The notes: generated by a model not told the origin, from the sequence alone. 64,000 nucleotides of DNA from Eledone cirrhosa (GCA_964016885.1 OZ024749.1:50654001-50718000), one strand, 5' to 3'. Positions 1 through 14,635 are shown, counted from the first letter of the stretch. A program made the numbers and translations.

Positions 1-419
1 ATTTCTTTCTCATATTATCTGTCGCCTTTCAGTACTTTTCACAAAGGAGTTGGTTTTCTTTTCAAAAGGGAGTTGATCGAAAAGATTAAGCGAGGAGATA
101 AAAACAGCTAACTAAAACTACTTTGAAGTTCTTTTCATGAAAAACTATTTTCAGATAACATTTTTCTTTTCTTCATTTTTGCTTAACCCTGTTTTACATC
201 TTCAAGAAAATATTTAGCGACGTAATGCGTTTTCAACTACAATAACGTTGATGACAACCACAACAACAACATCAACGACGATAATATACTATACTATGAC
301 GATTACTACTATTACCTACTGCTGATACTACTATCACTACCACCACTACCACTTCTACTATTTCTACAACTAGTACAACTACTACAATAACTACTACTAA
401 TACTAATACTACTGATATT

Positions 420-552
420 AATAATGGTTTCTTATATAAGCACAAGGCCAGCAATTTTGGGGGAGGAGAAAGTCGATTAAATCGACCCCAGTGTGTGACT
501 GGTACTTTATTTTATTATCGACCTCGTAAGGATGAAAGGCAAAGTTAACCTC
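420..552 (-). mobile_element. tRNA-derived SINE, 3' portion (variant with CTTATATAAGAAAC tail)
   Basis: Reverse complement matches the 3' half of the full-length copy at 24901 (GGTCGATAAAATAAAGTACCAG...GCTGGCCTTGTGC) and ends in an ATT tail. Confidence 0.85.
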
Positions 553-644
553 TTTCTCTGTATCTTTACCCTCTCTAACAGTCACTCTCTCTGTTAGCCT
601 CTTCCTCACCCTTCACTCACTCACTCTCTGTTACTACCTCTCCT

Positions 645-912
645 ACTTCTTCCTGTTTGACCTGTGCATAATTCTTTTCTCTCGCACGCTTGGCCAGGCC
701 GGTTCCCCTTTTTTCTCTCTCTCGTCTACGATTTCGCAGAACTTATGTTCACCGAATTCACGGACTGGACTCCTTCTTCCTCCCGTTTGACCTGTGCGGA
801 ATTCCTTCCTTGCTCACATTTCAACCAGGTTTGATGGTCTTTATTCTCTCTTGTTCACGATTTCACCGAACTTATATTCATGGAAATTTGGGACTTGACT
901 CGTTCTTCCTCA
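645..912. repeat. Diverged tandem duplication, ~130-bp period, 2 copies
   Basis: Three motifs recur 130 bp apart: GTTTGACCTGTGC (654/785), ACGATTTC..GAACTTAT.TTCA (728/858) and GGACT.GACTC.TTCTTCCTC (761/891). Confidence 0.7.
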
Positions 913-1172
913 CTTTTCGTTGCTTTACCATCTGTGTTTGTTTACACTCTCGATCGTTCCCTTTATTTACGTGTCCCAACGACTTTCTTTAGCCGTTGCT
1001 CGCACCAACCGGAGGTATATGGTCTTTAAAGCGATGAAATACCGATGATGGTGGGAAGATCACTGATGAAGGACTAACTTTATTCATATGTAACCCATTT
1101 GCAACCACGCAGCACGTTTATACTCATATTTACATATAGATATATATATATATGTGTATGTGTGTGTGTATT

Positions 1173-1239
<67 letters not shown>

Positions 1240-1288
1240 GTATATATATATAATATGTATATATATATAATATGTATATATGTATGTA

Positions 1289-1368
<80 letters not shown>

Positions 1369-1409
1369 TATATATCTATATCTCTCTCTATATATATTTA
1401 TATATATGT

Positions 1410-1453
<44 letters not shown>

Positions 1454-1457
<4 letters not shown>

Positions 1458-1638
1458 TAGCCTCTACAGAACTAGAACTGTTTCATTCGGAGGAAATCAT
1501 CATGCTTTCCTGACGATTTCCTACGTATGAAACAGTTCTGGTCCTGTAGAAGCCATTTCTATATTAAATATTCATACTCTGTAATGTATTGAATACCTTA
1601 CTTACTATAGTTACCCCTCGATTGAACCCGGGATAAAC
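1454..1638 (+). mobile_element. Fold-back hammerhead cassette, family A (Penelope-like end remnant)
   Basis: A short inverted arm (1454-1502) precedes ATGCTTTC-CTGACGA(1510-1516)-stem II-GAAAC(1529-1533)-AG..CT-GTA(1546-1548)-GAAGCCAT. Homologous to 14636-14705 and 21891-22084. Flanked by microsatellites. Confidence 0.75.
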
Positions 1639-2591
1639 ATATATATATATGTGTGTGTGTGTGTGTGCGTTTGTGTCTGTGTGTATGTGTGTGTGTGTGT
1701 GTATGTGTATGTATGTGTGTGTATATATTTGTGTATGTTTATAAAAGTGTAGCAGCGAGGGAGATAGAAAGCGTGTGCTACTGTGTAATCGCACTTGTCT
1801 ATTTATGCATATAAGCAAAAGCCTATGCACACACGCCATCAAAATCTACATCAACCGGTCAAATTTCTTCTCACAGCCACTGCACACAATTATGCTGCTG
1901 CGTTGCCATATTTACCAGACAGTGAAGTCCGTTTGAATATATATATATATCCTTTCTTTTGCATGCTTCATAATATTCCTATAAAAGCTAGTCAAGTATC
2001 AAGTGAGACGAGAAGAACTATTTGTCTGTCTTAGATTGACCGAAGAACACGAATTAATTGCATAAAATTAATTATATGACAAGACTAAGATATCACTATA
2101 AGTATACTTATAACGGAAAAGAAAGTTAATCATGAGCTTCTTAATTTTCTAGCTCCGTGAATATTATAAATTGACATGCTATAATTATGTTACATACTAT
2201 TCGGTCTTAAGCGTATCAGATTAAGCGGTTATCATTTTTTTTAATAGTGAAACTGATGTGGTCCTTCCACTCAATTGAAATAGAAACCAACAAAGCTATA
2301 GCTACGCCATTTGTAAACCGGCCAGCTAATTTACAGCTGCAGGTTATACTCCATTAAGTTGCAACAGGACCGCTAATAAATTATGTAGTAACAACATTGT
2401 TCACTTCTACACATTAGAAATGAAATTCTAGAAAACTTTACATTAGAGTAAGGAGAAGAACGATTATGTGTAGCTAAAAGCAGTGACTAGAAAAGATGGT
2501 GATGGTATTTCTGCTGTTGGTAATTCCCTATCCTGATCAACTGACACTATCCTCTCATTTTCACGACTAAATCTCCGTTTAGATATGCTCA

Positions 2592-2781
2592 AATAATTGT
2601 TTCTACTTTTGGCACAAGGCCAGCAAATTTCCCAGTGCATTACTGGTACTTTATTTTATCGACCCCGTAAGGATGAAAGGCAAAGTTACTCTCGGCGGGA
2701 TTTGAACTCAGAATGGCAAGGGCCGTACGTAACTCTATGCGTCAAAGCATGACAACCGACTCTCTACCTATACTGCCAATC
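2592..2781 (-). mobile_element. tRNA-derived SINE, near full length
   Basis: A-box-like TGGCAGTATAGG and B-box GAGTTCAAATCC on the minus strand. Flanked by ATATGCTCAAATAAT at 2583-2597 and 2786-2800. Confidence 0.9.
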
Positions 2782-2794
2782 TCAAATATGCTCA

Positions 2795-2975
2795 AATAAT
2801 GGTTTCTTATATAGGCAAAAGGCCAGCAATTTTGGGGGAGGGGAAAGTCGATTAAATCGACCCCAGTGCGTGACTGGTACTTTATTTTATCGACCCCGTA
2901 AGGATAGAGAGCCGTAACACTATGCGTAAAAGCATGGCGTCCAACCGTCTACCGATACTGCCAATCCCCCGCCCC
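2795..2975 (-). mobile_element. tRNA-derived SINE with internal deletion
   Basis: Head and tail match the family but the B-box region is deleted. Flanked by ATATGCTCAAATAAT (2786-2800, 2982-2996). Confidence 0.85.
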
Positions 2976-3758
2976 TTTATGATATGCTCAAATAATGAAA
3001 TGCTCAAATATGCTCAAATAATGAAAAGCAATCAAAATGAGTGAATAATGTTTGCTGAGTAGATTGGCGTATAAACAAATATTCCTCTAACTACATTATC
3101 TGTGTGTGTTGTCTCCTTTGTCTACTATTACTGGGAAAAATAGAGATGTAAGAATGTTCGCTTGTGCATTTGTATACAACCTTTTCCTAACGGGTGAAGG
3201 TTTAGATAGCTGTGTAATACCTGAATCAGTTTCAACTGTTTGTTGCCTGGGGTTTAATATCCAGCCTGCTATATCTATTAAAATATAGGTATATAGTATA
3301 CACCTCTATTCGGCACGTAGATTATGTTGGTTCTGGTGATAATGATAATTTATAAGGCATACGATAATTTATATGGCATAGCATGCCCCCATTCCTTAGA
3401 AATTTAATGCTAATAGAAGACTACTTAATGGTTTTTAATTTTGAATATAACAAATATACAGATCCTTCTTTTTTTTAGTAATCCATCTCAGATTTACTTG
3501 AGAGTAGATGATGTGAGTATGTGTAATGGCCTCATCGGGGTAGAATAGCATGATTAATGTAAAATCCGTATTGCGATCGAATGAATTTAAAAGATATTTC
3601 AGTGAGACTGGATACATACCAATATTTTCCGTGGTAGTAGCCAGTATGTCTAATAATGCTTAGAAAGGGAGAACTAAATATAAAGGTTATTTTATGAATA
3701 TCGATTTATGAACCAGAAAATATTGTTGGAAATTAAGCTTACATAGACCCGTCATCTT

Positions 3759-4360
<602 letters not shown>

Positions 4361-4723
4361 GAGTATATGTGTGTACTTTTGCGTGAATGTGTGCGCACAT
4401 GTGGTTGTATATTAATCATAGGATTGCAGTAACAGTTCTTCCTTGCTGAGTGTCAAAAGTCTCAACAGTCGTACGTCTTAGTGCTTTCCACCATTTTATG
4501 CTGGAAGCAACTGATTTTCCTTTTGAAGTCGAATATAATCGAATCTCTTCATGATCATTATCATTATTTTCTTTGTAATCATTATATCTAGCTGGACATC
4601 ATCACTGTCATCACTATCATCATTGTCATCACCATAGTATTCCTCACCACCGCCACCACCACCACCACCGCAATCACTACCACTATCACCAGCTCTATCA
4701 TCTTAACTACCCTAATAACAATC

Positions 4724-4965
4724 ATCATCGTGGGCCTTCTTCGTCGTCATCGTCTACATCAGCTTCATCGTCATCGTCATCGTCATCATTATCATCATCA
4801 TCACCATCATCTTTGTCGTCGTCGTCGTCGTCGTCGTCGTCGACATCATCATCATCGTCATCATCATTATCATCATCACCGTCAATCTTTTTTTCGTCCT
4901 CGTCGTCGTTCTCGTCGTCATCGTCATCATCATCATCGTCATCGTCGTCGTCATCATCACCACCG

Positions 4966-5003
<38 letters not shown>

Positions 5004-5053
5004 GCCGCCACCACCATCGTCATCATTATCATCACCATCATCACCGCCACCAC

Positions 5054-5091
<38 letters not shown>

Positions 5092-5131
5092 CCGCCATCA
5101 TCATCATCATCATCATCATCAACACCATCAT
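4724..5131. repeat. (CAT/CGT/CAC)n trinucleotide microsatellite
   Basis: Seen directly. It is open in several frames (poly-D, poly-H, poly-S), as expected for a simple repeat. Confidence 0.9.
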
Positions 5132-5684
5132 CACAATCTTTGCCTTTCATCCTTAGGTGATCGATAAAATAAAGCACAAGTAATGCACTGGGGTCGATTT
5201 AAAAATAGAAGAGGCAGTACAAATGTTATTATTATTAGTTTCACGCATATATATATATATATATATATATATGCGTGAAAAAAATACACACATCGTACCA
5301 GCTTCATCCCAGTGGCGTGAATAGGGTTATCGACAACTAGAAATAGCAGCCTGAGTCCTTTCAACTGAGTGGGCTCTACAATTAAGGGGCCGCCGTATAT
5401 ATATCCAAAATTTCTAGTTGATATAAGATGCTCTGATCTATTCATTGGAATCTTGGAGCATATTCTACAGTGGATATGGCGCATGCCTCTCTGACATGAC
5501 ACCCTTAATTTAATTTTGGATATATATATATATTAATGACGTTTATTCGTTTTTTCCCGTATCGTCTTGCAACGTTTTTTGAAATATCCAGTTCTGCGTT
5601 TACAGATTGACTTTGTTAGTTTCAGAAGATCCCGTTAAGGGTGAAAGCAGCGATTCTTTGCTTAAACTTTAATCTGTAATTTTA

Positions 5685-5759
<75 letters not shown>

Positions 5760-5919
5760 CATACATATTATAAAGTCGGGATACTCTACTATACATAGTA
5801 TCGAATAATCTGTTGAGTAACGGTCTAATTAGATTCAATATGGTTTTATCCAGATGTATATATATATGGTTAAGTGGCTGAGTGGTTATAGAATTGGATT
5901 CGCAATCATGAGGTTGTGA

Positions 5920-6084
5920 TTTCTACTTTTGGCACAAGGTCAGCAATTATCACAGTGTATCACTGGTACTTTATTTTATCGACCCCGTAAGGATGAAAGG
6001 CAAAGTTAGACTCCGCGGGCTTTGAACTCTGACCATAAAGAGTCGTATCTCTTTGCTGCAAAGCATGACGTTCGACCCTCTACC
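5920..6084 (-). mobile_element. tRNA-derived SINE
   Basis: Matches the family consensus. It abuts a plus-strand tRNA-like head of a second SINE family at ~5872-5919 (GTGGCTGAGTGGTTATAG...). Confidence 0.85.
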
Positions 6085-6562
6085 AGAAATATTAATCCCA
6101 TTGCAACGCCAGCGTACATTACTCGGTTTCTTGAGTTTAAGTGAAAGACAATGGCGGCAGTATTCTGTATCACATTGCACAATTATAAGTGAAAAGCATC
6201 AAGTGTACCACTCTACTGTTTCAGCTAGGATGTTGACTGTCGTTGTGTTTGTAGATGTTTCCTTTGTCAATATACTTTAGAACATCATAAATGTGGATTA
6301 ATAGGTTCCAATGAAAAAAACAAAAATAAGAATATACATTCGAGGCAGAGACAGGAATATATGAAAGAGCAATATTTGAGTGCATATGTGCGTGTGTATG
6401 CGTGCATGTATTATGTATGTATGTAGGTATGTAAATATTATGTGTGTATATGTGTATCTATGCGTGTATGTATGTAAATATGTATGTGTTCATATAATGT
6501 AATTATGTGTGTGTGTGTGTATGTAAATATATATGTATGTATCTAAATATGTATGTGTGTAA

Positions 6563-6706
<144 letters not shown>

Positions 6707-6817
6707 GCCTGTATGTATGTACAGAGAAAAGCAGACAATAATACATGGTAAAATGAAATATAATATCGAGAGATAGGAAAAGGGAAATTGAGAGAGTGTG
6801 TATACACATGTACATAC

Positions 6818-6857
<40 letters not shown>

Positions 6858-6958
6858 GGAGAGAGGGGGGGAGAAAGAGAGATAGGACGAGCTGTGGAGA
6901 GAGAAATTGAGAAAAAGAAATAAAGGTAGATAGGCGAATGGATATATATATTTATACA

Positions 6959-7030
<72 letters not shown>

Positions 7031-9407
7031 GAGAGAGAGAGACAAATACACAGAGTCAGAGACATGCAGGAAAAGACAGAAAGAGTTGCGGGTGAGGAGA
7101 AACAGAAGAAAATAATGTAAAAAAACATATGAACAAACAATACAAATATAAGAAATATTAATCTCAATGACTGATGATTGTAGAAACAAAAATATGGAAA
7201 AAACTTTATTAAAAACACAAAATACCGACTCTAAAATCTATACCAGAGCATAATAATAAAGATAAGAAACCCTGTAAAACATATATAACTTAAGTTGATA
7301 CCGTTTAATTTCCTGTTATATGTTGAAGTTTCTTTCTGCCCTTTGTATTATAAAATATTTAAAAGAAACTAGTTTCCGCTTTCCGTGATCATTTTTTTTT
7401 TTATTTTTGTGTCAATAAAATATTTTTCGTAGTTGATTTTGTCAAGATTATAGAATAGAAAGAAGGCTAACGGGTGAATTAAATATGAAACTGATCAACC
7501 ATTCTTCATGTTTGTTGTTTCAAATCTCTCAACTCTCCCTGGAAAAAAAATATATATAATTCGGTTTCGCTAAATAGTTACATATTTAAATGTTAGTAAC
7601 ATAAATAGTGGCCCCAGTGGCTTAATACATTTGCTTTATCTGTACTAAAGACATTGCTCTTAAGCAGTAATCGATGTTATAAAGAGTGTATCGGTAATGT
7701 ATTTGAATTAATCGCAGTGCATTTACTAATCGAATTCTTTAGAAATTCGTGAAAATGTTAGAATTCACTACGCCCTCACCTTTCAGTATATCATGGTTGT
7801 TATAGGTTCATACATAGGTAATATTATATTGAATTTTACTGAATATGTCGTACCCATGTCTGTCTTTGGTCTACTGAGACCGAAGACATCGAAATGGTTC
7901 ATAGATTTTAATATTTACAAGTTGAGAGCTACAAAAAGGAAAAATTGCATCATAGAAAATTCTAGACCGGTGCCATTCTGTGGACGAAGGACACATTCTT
8001 CTTTCAGTCATTGTCTATCAGCAACCGAATCATGCAAAGTTTCCGAGCGAGGAAATTGCTTACTTTTCTAGCAGATCAAGTGATGTCGTAAAACAACAAT
8101 TGCGTTGTTGTAGTTTTTTTGGGGGGAGGGGGTTTGCCGGAGTCCAACCCTGAGTGACTAGTCTTTTGATCAACTGTGAATATTCCTTCAATTCGATGGT
8201 GCCTAAGAATATTTAATATAAATTATCGTTTTTTTTTTTTTAATGAATTGATTGTTTAATTTAAGGAGGATTTGACAGCTATTTCTAGCAGATGGCACAA
8301 CAGTGAGAAGCTCACGTAAAACAGTAATCTTTCTGAAGGAGTGTTGTTACTAATGGAGTGCAAATGAGATCACATTTTCTGTTACTTTTGGCAGTAACAC
8401 TAATGAATGATGACATAACACACATGTCGACAAGAAAAAGCTATAAAACTCACGTGAAGCACAAATGTCGTGATATCAACTTACATATTAATAAAAAAAA
8501 AGAACTTACTACCGAAACTAATGGAAATGGGTATATAGATTAAATATTATACTGAAAGAAATATATTACAAAGCTGGGGTATCAATGATATATGAAAAAA
8601 ATAACCCGAACTAAAATACTATTATTACTAAAATTATTAAAACGTAATATGATGCCCTAGGCATTCGATGCCAACTTATGAGACAGATGGGAATAGATAT
8701 TGAAATGAAATGAGAAAAAATCCTTGAATAAAAGACATCGGGTAATTTCCTTAACACAGCATGAGTAAGGAGGCTGCGGTCACTTAAAATAAATACATGC
8801 ATTGTATGGTGAACAATTGGTTTCAAAGAAAAAATATGAAGTTTTGTTTAATAATGATAAAATGACGCCAGTAAAGAAGACATATATGGTAATGACGTAT
8901 AAAACGAAATATGATATAGTTGCCTATGTAGCAAGAATGACATTTCCATTTTCGGACTGATTTATTCCAGATAATTTAAGGAAGGTACATCGAATGAAAT
9001 CTGTTTCAAAATAAATCTATGATTCAAAACTTTGTTTCACAATTACAGGGTTCCGTTTATGTTTCCACAGTATGACACATCTACCACTGTATCGGATTAA
9101 CCAATGCTGAGCTGTCAACTTGGCCCATCCGAGTGAGCCCATGGGGTGAGTGAGAAATGTCTTCTTTTGTGAAAATGGGTATAGCTTTTATTATGTAAAA
9201 TCTCCCCCTTTTTGCCTCATTTGTCCCCGTTTTGGGGTATTTATTTTTCATGGTACTCTTCATTTGGGTTTTTAAAATACGTTTAGGCATTTCATATCCT
9301 AATAGCTTTTTATGGATTTTGTTAACATTCATTTAGGTAAAACATGTACGAAAAACAAAACTGCTAATTCACATATGAGTTGAATAAAATCAAATCTGCA
9401 CAAATTT

Positions 9408-9641
9408 TACGAGGGTGAGCTCGACTGGAGCGTTTATAGGCTGACTATGAAGGAGTGATGTTAGAGTTATGTTAGAGCTGTGGAATCTTGCATGCATTAA
9501 TTTCAATTCTTCTTGTTAATGAATGCATTGTTTCTTTCCAGGAGCTATGTAGAAAAATAAACCTCATTTGGTCATTCCATGAGAATATTTTGGTCAGATT
9601 ATGATATTTTCAGCCTATGGATTTTTTAGCCGACCTTCGTA
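9408..9641. mobile_element. Mariner-type MITE
   Basis: Ends are TA-CGAGGGT...ACCTTCG-TA with an internal inverted match (ATAGGCTGA / TCAGCCTAT). The interior is homologous to 11887-12384. Confidence 0.65.
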
Positions 9642-10350
9642 TTTCTAATGGTTGGAATGGCCTCTCTGGAAAAACAAACAAAAAGTACTAGAACATATAG
9701 TTTTTGCTGTCTATAATCTCGATAGATTTGAGAAATGATTCGCAGTTTATACTAGAATTAACATTTTCAAATATTATTATATTTTCAAATATTCCATGAA
9801 GGGATGTTTCATAACATTATTATTGAGATATTTTTCTAGTTCTGAAGACAACATTTATATTTTTTGCAATTCCAATGCATCTAATTTAGAATTCCGCATT
9901 TCTTGAATATTGATAAGAAGTTTTCCAACGAAGATACAACCAAAAGAAACATGCACACATTTCGTTTAAATCCCTTTAAAATATGTTCAATAGAGAATGT
10001 AAAACTAGAAAAAATTTCAAATAAAAATTTAATCTGATTTTTATTTTTTTATTTTAGGGTTTCCTATATCCTTTTTATTATCGAAAGGTTTTGGATTCCT
10101 GGAATATCGTGAAAAAAATTTTTTTTTCAAGTCTTCGTACATTTTAACAGTTTACACAAATTAAGATAAATAGCTCTATCGCGTTGAAGCCTGGTTATCG
10201 AACAGTAACGTTCCCTTCGATGAGCTGCTGAAACAAAATTCAATATACTAGCTAATAGTAAAGGAAAGAAACATGAGAAACATCTCAACGTTAAACAAAA
10301 TTCATCTTATAAGCACAACTACCTCTCTCCACTCTCTCGATCTTTGTATA

Positions 10351-10455
10351 TACAGGATGTCCCAATAAAATGTATACATACTTGTATTACCTGGACAGGC
10401 AATATTTATTAGAATGCTGTTGAAGTGTGTGTACATTTTTTTGAGACAACCTGCA
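10351..10455. mobile_element. Tc1/mariner-type MITE
   Basis: TACAGGATGTCCCAATAAAATGTA...TACATTTTTTTGAGACAACCTGCA imperfect TIRs. Homologous in inverted orientation to 53874-53955. Confidence 0.7.
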
Positions 10456-10513
10456 TATAAGACATATTGTGTGTGTGCGCATGTCCGTGTATGTGCGTAT
10501 TATATATATATAT

Positions 10514-10739
10514 AAGTAGTAACACAACAGTTAGTTCACCATACCGAGAACAATTTTTTCACCTTATGCGGATCTTCAGCTCGGACTGGACTCGTATAAG
10601 GTGAAGTCACCTCGGACTCGCATAAGGTGAAACAATTGTACCCGGTATAGTGAACTAACTGTTGTATTACTACTTCTACCAAACTCGTCCCATGGGCTGG
10701 GTGCTCTACCACTACGGATATTACCTTTCAGTGTTCTAC

Positions 10740-10740
<1 letters not shown>
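10514..10740. mobile_element. Fold-back hammerhead cassette, family B
   Basis: Inverted arms at 10514-10570 and ~10619-10675. The minus strand reads CCGAG-CTGAAGA-TCCGCATAAGGT-GAAA.AATT-GTT-CTCGG. Homologous to 43845-44074. Confidence 0.75.
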
Positions 10741-10797
<57 letters not shown>

Positions 10798-10818
10798 TAT
10801 ATATATATATATATATAT

Positions 10819-10855
<37 letters not shown>

Positions 10856-10922
10856 TATATGTATATATATATATATATTAAATATATGTATATATGTATA
10901 TATATATATATAAATATATTAA

Positions 10923-10998
10923 ATTGCCTTGTCCGACGAACGAATGAGGACGATTTTTGTATTCGTCTTATTCGGGAAACCTCTGGTAATGAGGTAAT
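10923..10998 (+). ncRNA. Type I hammerhead ribozyme motif (core U4>C variant) within a (TA)n-embedded cassette
   Basis: Stem I ATTGCCTTGT/ATGAGGTAAT pairs fully when G-U pairs are allowed. Core CCGACGA 10933-10939, long stem II CGAATGAGGACGA/TCGTCTTATTCG, GAAAC 10976-10980, GTA 10986-10988. Confidence 0.7.
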
Positions 10999-11020
10999 TC
11001 TATTGTATTGTTTATTATAC

Positions 11021-11078
<58 letters not shown>

Positions 11079-11086
11079 TTTGTGTG

Positions 11087-11155
<69 letters not shown>

Positions 11156-11234
11156 TTGTGTGTGTGTGTATATACATATATATATATATATCTTTGTGTG
11201 TGTGTATATATATACATATATATATATATATCTT

Positions 11235-11275
<41 letters not shown>

Positions 11276-11292
11276 TTGTGTGTGTGTGTATG

Positions 11293-11325
<33 letters not shown>

Positions 11326-11886
11326 TCTTTGCCTGCACAAGACTACGTTTATCAGCTTACCATAATCGTAGCACCATCAGCCTAGGTTTTATCATCAATA
11401 TCTTTAAAACCAACCTAACTTATTAAAATACATTTTAGCTAAACCAAACATTGCTTCAGCAATGTTATCTTCAGAAAGCTCGGTAAATCAAAGACATCTT
11501 TCGCAAATTTTTCCAATTTCCTCAGTTACAGCAGATATGTTTTAGCTGGCGAAAATATATAAATTGTTTCTTCCATTAAAATGTGGATGTAAGTGTATGT
11601 GTTCTGTAATCTTTGTTATTTCTTTTTTTTTTTTATTTTTGGTGCAAAAGAATAATATTAATTTACAGAATTACATCTTTCTGAATAGTTTCCGATATTA
11701 ATAATTAATATTTTTAAAGTGTTTTTTTTCAAATTCAGTGACGCAGAAATGTGATGTGTATATTTCAAGTCCTTTCTTTATGGTGTATGAAATATATAGT
11801 GTTGTTATACAATATACTTCAGCGCAGGGAATCGTAGAAATGATTATGATCTGATGTTGAAGCAATAACGTCTGAAGTGCAGACAC

Positions 11887-12384
11887 ACGAGGGTGGGCTT
11901 TAAGTTTCATAGGCTGGCTATGAAGGAATGATGTTAGAGCTGTGAAATCTTATATGCATTAATTTCAATTCACTATTGTTGGCTATAAAGTTCATAGGAT
12001 CAATACGAATGAGTGATGTTTGAGCTGTGAAATGTTGCATGCATTAATTTCAATTCACGAGAGTTGGGTAAAACGTTCATAAGCTGAATATGAAGGAGTG
12101 ACGTTAGAGCTGTGAAATCTTACATGCATTAATTTCAATTCACGAGGGTTTGGTAAAACTTTCATAGGCTGACTATGAAGGAGTGATGTTAGAGCTATGA
12201 AATCTTACATGCATTAATTTTAATTCACGAGGGTTGGGTAAAACTGTCATAGGCTGACTATGAAGGAGTGATTCTGGAGTTGTAAAATCTTGCATGCATT
12301 AGTTTCAACTCTTCTTCTTAAGAACTGCATGTTTATTTCCATATAATACATAAACAAATAAATCTCATTTGGTCATTCCATGAG
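11887..12384 (+). repeat. Five tandem 85-bp units derived from the left end of a mariner MITE
   Basis: Units start at 11887, 11972, 12057, 12142 and 12227 (ACGAGGGTTGG.TAAAA.TTCATAGGCTGACTATGAAGGAGTGATG...). The last unit continues into the MITE interior seen at 9500-9585. Confidence 0.85.
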
Positions 12385-12645
12385 AAACTGGAATGAGGAT
12401 ATTAAATGTATGTAATATGTAACTAGAATGATAGTGTTTGTGGTAATTCTTTAGTTGAAAATTATCATTAAACATCTAGAAACATCTGCTATATTCTGTT
12501 AACATGTAATTGTCATGATATTCAGATACATGTAGATAAATACAGCATGTTCATGTAGATACAGAATTATATTTCTTAATTGATAACATGTTTATATTTT
12601 AATATACATTAATCATGTTTTAATAATTTACCAAACATCTATTCA

Positions 12646-12755
<110 letters not shown>

Positions 12756-13039
12756 CACTCGCGCATGTATATACATAAATGTTACATTATTTGTGTTTGT
12801 TAGATGAGCAACTGACATTGTTATGAAGTAATTTGTTTAAATTATTAAATTACTTTCTGCAACACTAACTTCTGGAATTTGACCATCCACTGGGTCACCT
12901 GTCTATCAGGTACGCTGACAAATCACATTGATTTTATACATATCGGAAAATAGGATAAATAAATGTTTCTTTCCTTGTGGGAGAATATGCCAGGCAATAT
13001 ATATGAGATTGGGGATACTAAAATATCCCACCGTTAAAT

Positions 13040-13900
13040 ATAATTTCAGAGATGACCTCACGATATAAATGAAATCTAGATATTTGAGACCAACTGTTGT
13101 GGGCAACTGACAATGGCTGTTGTTGGTAGTGGTTCGAAGAACGATTATGGTGGAGCATCACTACATAAGAGCTAAACATCTGTCTGGAAAGAATGAAACA
13201 AACACCACATCCAGTAGCTAGAGTTACAGCTAGCTACAGCCTACATAATCAGAGGCTTGAGGTGGTTCTCATGCAAAACTATACGTCAGTATGAACCAAG
13301 TTAGAGTTGTTGAAACGAGTTTACTTAGTCACACTGACACTGCGTGGAAAGAGTCCAAGAAATATGATTAAAAGTCTGATGAATGAGTATAATATGTCGG
13401 ATGAAAATCAACTAACCACAGTAGGGTGAACGTAAAAGAGCCAATATCTACAGACATAAAGTATATTAGGAACGGAAATGCAGTCAGATCACCAAGGATA
13501 GTCGCTAAGATACTGAAAATATACCGCAAGTAAGGGCTTGAACTTTCCACTCGGATCATGAACCAGATAACTCATAATCGTGTTATACCAAATTATAGGT
13601 ATAATAACTATAATTTTTATTTTCTTTAAAATCAAAGGTGGTGTCAGAGGTATGGAAATGGTAGACAAAGATATGAAGGTAGTTGAAAGACTTTTAGCAC
13701 GATACTTTATGAAAAGAATCAGATTCATTGAAGTGCTGTGTGGACATAGTATCGTGAACGTCCTCTTCATAGTAAGACAAGAGACAAACCTAGTTATGAC
13801 TAAGCCATAACATTTAGTTCTCGATTATCTATAGTATGGAGGGGCTTGAGAGACATAACTAGAATACTTTTAACACAATAGACTCAGGTAAAGACACCTA
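13040..13900 (+). pseudogene. Highly decayed RTE-clade LINE remnant
   Basis: Fragments GGVRG..VDKDMKVV resemble the RTE AP-endonuclease GVGGVG..KWVDKVIEV segment. LFIVRQ....KP resembles the RT IFxVRQLQEKY..KPL segment. Many stops and deletions; boundaries approximate. Confidence 0.45.
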
Positions 13901-14635
13901 AGTGTCAGGGAGTGGTGTTACATCGGGTAGTGGGATACAACACTAGAAATTGAAACTTCAAATGTCATGACAAGTTATGGCACGGTCCTATAATACTGGA
14001 CGGTATCATAGGGTCACCGTATTGACCTACGGCGTTTAGGGAAGTACTTTAATTCTACTGGAGTCCATCCATATCCAAGCCATTTTGTATATGAAACTAT
14101 GAATATTCTCACTGAACGAGGTCTATCAATTAACGTTATTTCCATATGTAGACATTATTTCATACTGGTTTACGCTTTCTCTTATATACTTTGATGCGGT
14201 TTGGCTTCCATTTATTTCCTTTCTAATTCTCAATTCTGAGATTAAAAGAAACAACCAACATTAACAACGATGACAACAGAAGAAACATGGTTGTATTTAG
14301 TGTGATATGTTAATTTTTCTTTTACTTGTAACTTTATTTTCGTTCTGAATGTATAGCATTTTCCTACACAGAAGTACACGTGTTCAGCTGCCGGTTTAGT
14401 GTTTCCGATTTTTTCCTTTAATTTCTAGTAATCATCTATTATGTCTTCTACCAAAACGTTTGTGTGCTTGTACCTCCATTCCGCCATTCCACCGCTGCTT
14501 CTTTCCTTTCTCTCCTCTTAACTTCTACGTCTCCACCATCGCTCAGTTTCAATATGTTCTGCTTATCAACATTCTATTGACACCCACTCTCTCTCTCTCT
14601 CTATCTCTCACTCTCTTTCTCGGTGTTAGTCCTGA

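Noticed and set aside
1055-1110. CTGATGA at 1062 as a hammerhead
   Set aside because: No downstream GAAA or stem III could be found; at most a decayed relic.
4725-5177. Poly-Asp / poly-His / poly-Ser ORFs
   Set aside because: Trinucleotide repeat open in four frames, with no splice or coding context.
5618-5665. CAGAAGA-TCCC..GGGT-GAAA hammerhead-like motif
   Set aside because: The core is mutated and stems I and III are unconvincing, so it was not counted.
11887-12311. CRISPR-like periodic array
   Set aside because: Whole 85-bp units are repeated with no unique spacers, there are no cas genes, and the context is eukaryotic.
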